Source: Eledone cirrhosa (taxonomy: Eukaryota). Taken from it: a stretch of DNA of 64,000 nt. Both the position numbers and the translations under genes were made by a program. Location: positions 31,620,001-31,684,000 of the forward strand of contig OZ024746.1 in assembly GCA_964016885.1 (NCBI GenBank), in the 5' to 3' direction. Shown piece by piece: positions 12,366 through 23,366 of the stretch (positions are counted from its first letter, which is position 1; each line of letters begins with the position of its first letter). The notes below the pieces were generated by a model, which worked only from the letters and a program-made list of their open reading frames with translations, was not told the origin of the DNA and searched no databases.

Positions 12366-12964
12366 ACAAACGAGACAACAGCACACGCACACACAAACAG
12401 TGGCATTCGAACGATTGTTATTGTGTGTATAGCGCCCCCACCATCCACCGACCAACAAGTGACCAGCCAGACTACCAACACTGCCAGTAACAAAGACTGA
12501 ATATAGGTAGTATAATGGATTGACAGCTAGCACCATCCCACTCCCACAATAAAGAGGAACTGCCTCAACCTTTGCTTGACCGCACCTATTCCGCGTGCAC
12601 ACGCGCTCTACAGAATATCTCAGTTACACACAAACAGCGGACAACAGAGGCCACATACTGTTCCTCTCCGACAGATAACTTTCCCCCTCGGAAAACCCCC
12701 CAGTTGATGGATGCGAAATCCGAAATATAGGGACAATTAAATCTCTCCCAAGGTAACTCTATTTTGTGTTATTATTTTTATTTTTTCGCTCTTTCCTACG
12801 TCCTCTACACACTATACATCTCATTCTACAATTCCTCTTACATCTCTCTCTTCACCACCGGATTCTGTTACCCGGAGATTTACCCATCTGCATTGTTGAG
12901 GCTTCCAAAACGACCAAAATTTTTTTATTATTCCACAATGCTTCAAGTAAACTTCAATATTCTC
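11763..12964 (+). mobile_element. 5'-truncated Penelope-like retroelement (RT C-terminus/linker, GIY-YIG endonuclease, pseudo-LTR)
   Basis: ORF 11757..12365 has NGYP, VVYRVECDKCNHYYIGSTIRSLHIRIKEH and EALWIK..PQIN, typical of PLE C-terminal GIY-YIG; 3' region homologous to 9060-9412. Confidence 0.9.
12698..12732 (+). ncRNA. Second copy of the hammerhead-like motif in a Penelope pseudo-LTR
   Basis: CCC-CAGUUGA-U-GGAU(GCGAA)AUCC-GAAA-UAU-A-GGG. Confidence 0.5.
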
Positions 12965-12989
12965 TTAATTATTTAAATATATTTCTTGC

Positions 12990-13194
12990 ATTTAAACTGG
13001 CTGTATCTGGCCAGAATTCTCTCACCTCTTTCTGTTCAAACCAGCTGTAACTGGCCCCCTCATACTGATATTAAAGTATTGCTCTCAAAATAAATAATAT
13101 AAAAATCTCATAGATTCGATATTATGTGAGGTAAAGCCATCACCATGAAAATATAATAGTAAATATAGAGTAATGTAAGTGCTTAAAGGGTTAA
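12990..13194 (+). mobile_element. piggyBac-type MITE, left end missing
   Basis: Homologous to 29309-29518 and 61114-61327; ends AAAGGG-TTAA. Confidence 0.75.
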
Positions 13195-15245
13195 ATATAT
13201 TTCTTGGTTACAATTTATTTTACTGACAATTTATTTAAATATATTTCTTGGTTGCAATTTATTTTACTGAAAAATGAATAAAGCAAATGTTGTGTTAGCA
13301 CTTATTGGTGTTTTTATGGATATAAGAAAAAAGCACCTAGATCACACTGTAATGTGGCTGGTGTTAGGAAAGGCATCCAGCTGTAGAAACCAAGCCAAAA
13401 TACAAATCCGTATGAATAAGATTCAGTCACCTGACCTGACTTGTCTCTTAATGTGAGAACCAGTCTAACCCATGTAAGCATAGAAAAATAGATGATGATG
13501 ATGATGATGAATAATTATACTAATCTAAAACATTCACATACACACACTCAAACAAATATATACACAGAGTAATTCTCCATATATTCACATGTAGCTCACA
13601 TAGCTGTGATAGGACTGTGGCTTCTATCATTAAAACACCTGTGAAACCTCCTATGTGATACAACCTTGTAGGAGATCCAGCTAAACTTACACAGGTGTGA
13701 ACTGTAATAATATGATAAAACTGGAATTGCTACCATTAAAACAGTTGTGAAAGCTCCTATGTGATACAACATGGTAGGAGGCCAGCTAAACTAACACAGG
13801 TGTGAAAGCATCTACAGATTACATGAGTCCATGCAGTATGTAGATCTTTGATCTTTTGTTACAAAGTGGTTATCTTCGACAACTTTCCAGTCAAACTGTC
13901 TAAATTTAAATTACTACAGTTGTAAGTTGCAATTGAGTATGACTTAGTGGTAAGTAACCTGCTTTCACTTAGGGTTTTAGGCAGCCATGTAGTCATGAAT
14001 AGACACAGACTGGCTCTTGAACCTCCCACCCTTTTTTGATTCAGTAGAACATCCAGGATGTGACAGCTGGTAGGAAAAAAACTGCTCCAACTCTGCACTG
14101 GTACTTTCTTTATCGACCTTGAAAAGATAAACGGCAAAGTGAGTCTCAGCAGGATTTGAACTCAATTCTGAGATCTCAGAACAACTACTCAATGCTCTAA
14201 TGACTGCTAAATCAATCACCTTTTCAATAAATATAAAGAAATCATGTAGTCAGATATTAAACCAGTGAAGTGGCAGAGTCGTTAATATGTTGGATAAAAT
14301 GCTTTGCTGCATTTGTTCTGGTTCTTTCTGCTTTGAGTTCATATTCTGCCGAGGTCAACTTTGCCTTTCATCCTTTTGATTTTGAGGTTAATAAAAATGA
14401 ACTAGTCTAATACTGGGGATCAGTTCTTCCTCTCTCTCTCTCTCTCTGATGGAACGTCTTTGACTGTAACAGAAATTTAAAGCCTATTGATGAATATCAG
14501 ATATTGTGTGAGATGTGTAGCCCTGTCATCATCACCAGCACTAGGGACGTTGTCAAGTCTTTGACATAAATGGCGGGTCCTCCCAATCTTCTGTTTAACA
14601 AGCCTTTTATGGCTGAATGCTCATCCTAACACCAACCACATTACAGTGTGTACTGGGTGGTTTTATTTTGTAGATCACCAACACTAGGGAGGTTGTCATG
14701 TCTTTGACATAACCGAAGGGTCCTCCCAACACTTTGTTTGGCAAGCTTTCAATGGCTGCATGCCCTTCCTAACATGAACCACTTTACACACTCTATAAAA
14801 ACAAAACCACATACACACACACCTAGATATACATATTGAGTGAGTATGAAAGACCAAAGGTCATTATTGAAAGTCTCTGGATGTGTATATTTTGCAAGGT
14901 ACTTTATATTTTTTATTGGAGAAGGTAAAAACGGTCACTTGCATACTCTACTCTAAATAACAGTTTACTATACATTCACAATTATTTTAAAATTTAAATA
15001 TAACATTCTGTATTAACATTTACTATTACTGTATACAGCCAGTAATATGTACAGTATATATACACTATAATTAGTAAAAAATACATATTTTTTTCTGCAA
15101 AAATTTAATTACACTGTTTTGTTTCCATTTATGTATTTTAAAAAAATGTTATTTATAAAGATTAAATGATGGCATCTATATGGGAGTGGGGCCCCCTTTG
15201 TCTCTTGGCAACCAATATCTTTAGACTCAATCCAACACTGGCTGT

Positions 15246-18200
15246 ATCATCATCATTATCATCATTTTATGTCCGCTTTTGCCTGCTTGCAAGGGTGGGA
15301 CGGGTCTTATTCAGCACAGTATCTTTCCACTTGTCATGGTCCTTCGTCATCTCCACCGTAAGCTTCAGCGATCTGAGGTCTGTTCTCACCATCTCCGCCC
15401 ATGTTTGTCGTGGTCTACCTCTACCACGTCTTCCTTCAACTAGCATTTCCTGGCACTTCTTCACCCACTTCTTCACCCATCGGTCATCCTCCATGCGCAT
15501 CCTCACCCATCGGTCATCCTCGCACACTACATTCTATCCCTCTTAGACACAGTTTCTCTCTCAACAGATCCATGTTCAGTTATTCACGCACATTGACATT
15601 GCACATCCAACGGAGCATGCTTGCCTCATTTCTCCTCAGCCATCGCATATCCTCTGCAGTTGCTGCCCATGTCTCACTACCATGCAGCATCGCGCTCCTC
15701 ACACAGGCATCATATAACCGGCCTTTCGTATGCAGGGAGAAACCCTTCTTCATCAGCAGAGGAAGCAGCTCCCTAAACTTCTTCCAACCCATCCTTATTC
15801 TAGATACTATGGCCTCGGAACACCCTCCCCCCATGCTAATCTGATCTCCTAGGTACCAGAAGCTATCCACCACTTCTATAGCACCCGCCTGCATTTGAAA
15901 AGTGTGTCTATCAATGCGACTTCTACTGTCTAATTTCCCTGTACATCTACTGCATACGTATTTCTCCCTACCTGTTAGTTTGCCTGCTATCCCGCTACTT
16001 CTCTTGTGTACCCAGGATCTGCATTGTGTGCTTTTTATAGAATTTATGCCAGTTCCTTTTCTGCATATCGAACATGGCCATTTCCCTGACGGAATCAGAG
16101 TTTTGTTCTCTTTTCTACTCATCAACACTTTTGTCTTAGCTAGGTTCACTCTCAGTCCTCTTGCTTCCAACTGCTGTTTCCATAGCCAGAATTTATTCTC
16201 TAGCTCCTCTACTGATTCTGCTATAAGAACCAGATCGTCAGCATAGAGAAGTTCCGATGGACATCCACTCCTCTGTTATGGATTGGAGGACTATAATGAA
16301 CAAGAGCGAGCTGAGGACCGAATCTTGATGTACTCCTACTTGTATCTGGAATTCCTCACTAAACTCCATTCCTACCCTCACTTTACTGACAGCAACTCTG
16401 TACAAAGTTTGCACTGTCCTCACAAGCCATTCCTCAACACCTAGTTTCCTTAGGGACCACCAGATGACAGATCAGGGTACCCTATCAAAGGCCTTCTCTA
16501 GGTCAACAAAGGCTAAGTATAGTGGCTTATTCTTCTCTAAGAACCTCTCTTGTAATTGTCTCACCAAGAAGAGGGCATCTGTTGTACTTTTCCCAGGCAC
16601 AAAACCAAACTGCATCTCATCTAGTTTGACCCTTTCTTTAATTAGTTGTGCTAATATCCTTTCTGCCACTTTCATAACCTGATCCATCAGTTTTATACCC
16701 CTATAATTGCTCCTCTCCAGAGCATCCCCTTTACCTTTGTAGCAATTTATGAGAATACTGCTGCACCAGTCATTGGGTATGACACCACCATATATAGCCT
16801 GATTGATGATGTGTGCAACCAGTTTAGTGCCTACGTCCCCTGATGCCTTCAGCATCTCAGCAACTATGCCTGACGGTCCAGCAGCCTTACCATTTTTCAT
16901 TTCCTTAATCGTCTCTTGGACCCTATATTCGTCAATCTCAATAGCTGGTCCCTCTGTCAAATCTACTGAGGGTAATTTCTCTCTCTCCCATTCGTTCTCC
17001 ACATTCATCAGTCTCTCATAATGACATTTCCTGTCCTTCTTTTTCTGATCATTCGTGACACTAAGTACACCGGCATCATTCCGGACACATTTATCTCCAA
17101 CAACATCCTGATTTGCATTGACACACTGCCTTGCAATGTGGAACACCGCATGCCTCTGATCTTCCTGTTGCAGAACATTGGCAAACCTCCTACTCTCAGC
17201 CTCCCTGCGTGCTAAGTACACCTGACATCTAGCTTCTCTCTTAGCGGCTGTATATCCGTCTCTACTCCCACCCTTTTTCTAAGTCTTCCATGCTACTCTT
17301 TTGTCTCTAATGGTTCTATCTACTGTGCTGTTCCACCACCAGGCCACTCTCTGTCTGGTTGGAGCTCTGCTCCAGCCACAAGTTTCATCAGTAGCCTGCA
17401 GTAAGTTGTCATGTAAGAAATTCCAGTTATCATCTATGTCATATGACTCTAAATCGTCTCCTTTTTCGTCATACACATCTTGAAGGGCTTTCCTAAATTT
17501 GTATTTTAGTGAAAGGTCTTTTAGCTTCCAGACCTTTCTTCTCCACACCTTCCTGTATGTCTCATTCCATTTCTTGCTTACTGAGATATCACTAACGACT
17601 AAATTATGCTATGGGGTACATTCTTCCCCAGGGTATGCCTTGGTATTTGACACCATCTGCCTGTCCCACTGCCTAACTAGTAAGAAGTCAATCTGGCTTA
17701 TGTGCTTGCCTGATTTGTAGGTTATTAGGTGGTTGGCAGGTTTCTGGAAGTTAATGTTGGAAATAGTCAGTGTACTTGCATCACAAAATTCAAGAAGTCT
17801 CACTCCTTCATTTCTTGAGCCGTAACTGTGCCCACCATGTACCCCAGTGTAACCATCCTGGAGCTGTCCCCTGCTAGCATAACGATGTCTCCATCCTCTG
17901 TCATTGCGGCTGTTTGTAAAAGTTGCTCGTAAAAGCAGTCTTTCTCTTCTTTGCCTAGGCCTGCTTGGGGAGCATAGGCAGAGATGATTGTCAGTAGTCT
18001 CCTGCCTACAACTAATCTAAGCTTAATTATTTGATTATTAACTCGAACTACCTCTATTGTCTTATTGATCCATCTCTCAGCCAGGAAAATGCCTACTCCC
18101 CCTAACCCATCACCCTTACCTACCCAGAAAAGCTTATAGTTAAGATGTTTGCCTGTGACTAGTCGCGCAGAGGCACCTCGCCATCTCACCTCTTGTAAGC

Positions 18201-18480
18201 AGCACACATCCACATGCCTTCTCTCCAGCATCTCCACTATTTCACCAGATCTACCTGTGAGAGTGCCAACATTAAGTGTTACAACTCTGAGATGCGACGT
18301 CTTCATATTTTTGTTGTTCCTATATATTTGTTGCTGTGCTCATAATTGATTTGGCATTGATACACTGGTTGGATGCCCTTCCTAACACCAGTGCCACTTT
18401 ATAGCATGGACTGGGTGCTTTTATTTGTGCCACCAGCACTAAGGAGGATGTCTTACTGGACTCATGGGCCCTTTCTACCC
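15246..18480 (-). mobile_element. Near full-length RTE-clade LINE (family A), frameshifted: APE endonuclease, RT, PHD-like finger
   Basis: ORF pieces 17800..18306 (TLNVGTL, CCLQE, SAYAPQ: APE), 16472..17221 (YKGKGD, NYRGIKL, QFGF, FVDLEKAFDRVP: RT), 15580..16170, 15267..15527; (GAT)n tail at ~15246-15265. Confidence 0.95.
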
Positions 18481-18881
18481 CTCCATTTTACAGCATGGTC
18501 ATAACCCCCCCCCCCCCCCCAAAAAAAACCCCACCACTTATTGACACTCACGGCACACACACACACTCACTCACACACCAACACTCATGCATACAAACAC
18601 AAACGCCACTTACACACTAACACTCATGCATACAAACACACACATGCCACTCACACACACACACACATATATTACCGCTAGTACTGATACAAGATCATGT
18701 CAATATATATAAATATGTATATATATATAAAAATATGTATATATATATATAAATATGTATATATATATAAAAATATGTATATATATATAAATATATACAT
18801 GTATATACATGTATATACATACATATATTACATGTATATACATGCATATAGACTTTTAAAACATTATTATCTTGGTGATGC

Positions 18882-19070
18882 GCGTGGATTGGCAGTATTG
18901 GTAGAGGGTCGGACGCCGTGCTTTAACGTATAGAGTTACGGCCCTTGCCTTTCTGAGTTCAAATCCCGCCAAGATTAACTTTGCCTTTTATCCTTACGGG
19001 GTCGATAAAATAAAATACCAGTAATGCACTGGGTAATTGCTGGCCTTGTGCCTAACGTAGAAACAATTAT
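18882..19070 (+). mobile_element. tRNA-derived SINE (family 1) with 19-bp TSD
   Basis: TSD ATTATTATCTTGGTGATGC at 18863-18881 and 19066-19084; B-box GTTCAAATCC. Confidence 0.92.
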
Positions 19071-19585
19071 TATCTTGGTGATGCAAGGTATAACTGAACA
19101 TGTTGAGTGAGATTTCTTCCAGAGAGGAAGTGAGATAAGAAGAGGGAAAGAGTAAGAGGAGGTAGAGAAAAAGAGAGAGTATGAGAGAAGAGGAGGAAGA
19201 GAGAAAGAGAGGTACATAGAAAGGGAGAGTATGTGAGAAAGAGAGGGAGGAAGGAGAGAGATGAGTAAAAGCAGCGAGCCACCCTGTTTATATCAAAGGT
19301 CATTGATAGAATGTGTTTAGATTTCAATCATTAAGATATATTTAGCGCATTCACCGAAAGCGTTTTCATATGATTTTAAATTCGCATTTACAAATATTTT
19401 GTTATGTAAATCATATGTAGAAATATTGACTAATGTTTTATATATGTTCATTAATTTTTGACAGAAACATTGCTATAGAAACATCTACTAAAATTTCTCT
19501 CTAATAGTGTAAAGCAGTAAGAAACTGAACTAGGATACCACAACAAGAAGAAGAAGAAGAAGAAGAAGTAGATGAAGGAAAGATT

Positions 19586-19784
19586 ATGGAGACTGAAGAA
19601 TTAAAGAAAGAAATTGAAAATAATTTTGTGCAGTATTTTGGCAAAGATGGCAATCCTATGCCTGTTTATAAATATAAAGGACACAATATTCTTTATTTAG
19701 AAATGGCTTCTTCAGCTTTATCTCAACTACATACAGTGAAAATTAGGCCTGATGATATTTTACTGTATTCATATCCCGGAGCAG
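19586..19784 (+). CDS. SULT gene 2 coding exon 1
   Basis: ATG 19586 ...SYPGA-G; donor GTAAGA. Confidence 0.88.
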
Positions 19785-20184
19785 GTAAGATTTCATACTG
19801 TATGGTCAAATTGTTAAGCAAACTTATTAGTAGAAAAATTATTCAACCACCTACTCAATGTCATGTACTATGTAAGCTTGCTTTAATTTATTATATCATG
19901 GTTTACAAACTGGAATGACCAGTTCTACCCATTGATAAACCACACAACATAAATGGTATATATAATATATATATATTTATATCATCATGATCATCATCAC
20001 TGTTTAATATATTTTTTTCCATGCCAGCATGGGTTAGACAAGTTGTCATGTATTGAGAAATGCCGGGTCAGGTGACCATGCTTTGCTCATACAGAACTGT
20101 TTTGGGCTTGGTTTCTGCAACAGGATGCCCTTCCTAAGGCCAACCACATTTACAGTGTGTGCTGGTTGATTTTTGTCATGACAC

Positions 20185-20219
<35 letters not shown>

Positions 20220-22128
20220 CAAAGAGGGTGTGGTAAGATACCAGGTGGACCATAACGCACCAGAGTACTCGATACTTGGGGTAGTAGAGTGGGTAATAGG
20301 AAAAGAGTCAGGACACCGACAGCTGTCTCTTTTCATATATCTATATATATATATATATACATGTATGTCATCATCATTATCATCATTGTTTAATGTCCAT
20401 CTTCCACGCTAGCATGGGTTAGACGGGTTTGTCCCATTTAGAAGCAAGTTGGGCTGAGTGACCGTGTCTCACTTATATAGGACTCTTTCTGGCTGGATGT
20501 CCTTCTTAGCGTTAACCACTTTCACAGTGTGTGCTGGGTGCTTTTTGCCATGTCTTTTACATGACCACTTTACAGTGTGGGTTGGGTGCTTTTTGTCGAG
20601 ACACCTACATGGCCACTTCAGTGTGGGTTGGATATTTTGTGGTACCAACATAACATATATATATATATATCATGATAATGATACACACATATATATATAT
20701 ATATTTCTCCCTAAAAATGAAAGGCAGGTTATACGATACCTGCATACGAACAGCAATGCTGCATGGCAGTGAGACCTGGGCATTGTGTGCAGAGGATATA
20801 CGCAGACTAGAGAGGAACGAAGCTTGCATGCTCCGCTGGATGTGCAATAGTAATATACGTGAACGGCAAAGCATAAACGAACTAAGGAAAAAATTAGAAA
20901 TAAGAGGGATCAGATGTTGTTTACTCGAGAGAAGGCTACGTTGGTACGGTCACGTGATGCGCATGAAAGACGACAGCTGTATAACAAAGTGCAGGGCAAT
21001 AAAGATAGACGGTAGCCACGGAGTAGGCAGACCCAGAAAAACATGGGACGAGCTGATAAATTCCGACCTCACACGCTTACACCTCTCCAAGACAATGTCA
21101 CTGGACCGAGACCTTTGGCGGTACTCAGTAATAGAGAAGACCCGCCTTACCTAAATACAAAGTAAAAACCTACTACAGTCAGTAGGCACCTCTATCAAAA
21201 CACACCCCCGTCCCTCCACACCGCCCCTTTCAATGTAAAGTTATGTTGGTCCCACAACATCCAGGCCGAAACAAATGAGATCGTGTAGGTGTCACGACAA
21301 AAAACACACAGTCCACGCTGTAAATGTGGCCGTGTAGGCAACACGGTAAAAACCTCCCAGCCCCACACTGTAAATGTGGTTGGTGTTAGGAAGGGCATCC
21401 AGCTGTAGAAAACCCGCCAGACAGTCCACGCTGTAATGTGGCCGTGTAGGCAACACGGTAAAAACCTCCCAGCCCCACACTGTAAATGTGGTTGGTGTTA
21501 GGAAGGGCATCCAACTGTAGAAAACCCGCCAGACAGTCCTATGCGAGCAAGACAACCACTCTTGCCTCAAGTGGGAAAACCCCCGTCCAAACCCATGCAA
21601 GCGTGGAACACGGACGCTAAACCTGATGATGATGATGATGATATTTGTGTGTATATACATATATAATCATCACCTCCATTTTACGTCTATTTCCCATGCT
21701 AGCATGGGTTAGACGGGTTGTCCAGTTGTGGGCAATGCTAGGTCAGGTGACCATATTTTGCTCATACAGGACTGAGCCTGGCTTGGTTTCTACAGCTAGA
21801 TGCCCTTCCTACCGTCAACCTCATTTACAGTGAGTACTGGGTGCTTTTTGTCATGACACCTACACAACCACTTTACAGTGAGTACTGGGTGCTTTTTGTC
21901 ATGACACCTATACAACCACTTTACAGTGTATATATACTGGATGTATATATATGATGTATGTATGTAGTGGATGAGTTACTGCCCAACAACTGAACATTTG
22001 CCTTTTCAGGCAGTAAATAATTACAATACATACATTCTACTTTCTTATGTATTGAATATTAAGCTGAACAATAGTCTTACTAGTCTAAACTGTAACTCCT
22101 AATCTCTCTCTCTTTCTCTCTCTCTCTA

Positions 22129-22164
<36 letters not shown>

Positions 22165-23327
22165 TGTATGTATGTATGTATGTATGTATGTATGTATGTA
22201 TGTATCCAAAATCACCGGGAGAGATGAACCCTTAGCCTTTGTCAAGGCAGAATTCTAGGAGAAGGAAAACTCTGATATAACACCTGCAACCCTGATGGTA
22301 TCCAATGATGTTGACTTGTTCTTCTTTTTGGTAAATATCATCTTGGTTAAGAGAGTGGGACTGGCTTTGTGCAGTGCCTTTGCTCACTATAAAAGCTTCA
22401 CGGCCCAGGCATTGCTTTATATCTGGAGATCTCTCTGCACTTGTCGTCACATGGTACCAAGGGCCCAGCACTATGTAGTGTTTGTACCAGTACAAGTGTA
22501 GTGTTTGTACCAGAGATTTCAAGTCGCTGGCTGGACTAAAAAGTCACACTCGTTCAGCGCATCGGTAGGGGTTCTCCTACATGGATATAAAGTAGTGGCC
22601 GTACTCGAAAACGAGTTGGGAGCCACCATGTATGTATGTGTGTGTGTAGCAAATTGTATGTAGAGAATGCGTTTTGAGGTTGTAGAGATAGAATGTAGAG
22701 TAGATGTAGCGATGGAAGTTATTAGTTTGAGTTTGTTGTTATTCATTTGAATGCCTCAGAGGTTGTAGTAGTAAAGTTGTTGGCTTGCTGGTTGATTATG
22801 CATTGGGTAAAATTTGTCCCATATATAAGCACAGTGTGAAATTCTGATGAATGAACAAATAAAACATGATCACTACTAAAATATATTTATTAACTTAATA
22901 AGCTTTATCAGGCAGTTGTCCATATTACCTGGTTTCTATCTGTATTTGTATATCACATTTTAGGCTCCCATTGGATGTTTGAACTGATTAATATGATATT
23001 GGAAGGAAACAGCAACAGAGTTTCCATTATAAAGGACGATTTGTTATTAGATTTGGCACCAATTGGAATCCTTGAAGCTGGTAAATCTCCAAGGGTCGTT
23101 TGTTCACATCTTCCCCTTGTGTTCATACCCCTGGAATTGTTAAAGGACCATAAAATTATCTATGTGAACCGCAACCCGAAGTCTATGATGGTATCATACT
23201 ACAGACACTTGAAGCAGGCGAATACCTTTGAATACAATGGAGATTTTCACAGCTTTTTTGACCTTTATATGAAAGGGGAAGGTAAGGGCTACTACTACTA
23301 TTACTACTACTAAAACTGCTGCTCCTG

Positions 23328-23366
<39 letters not shown>

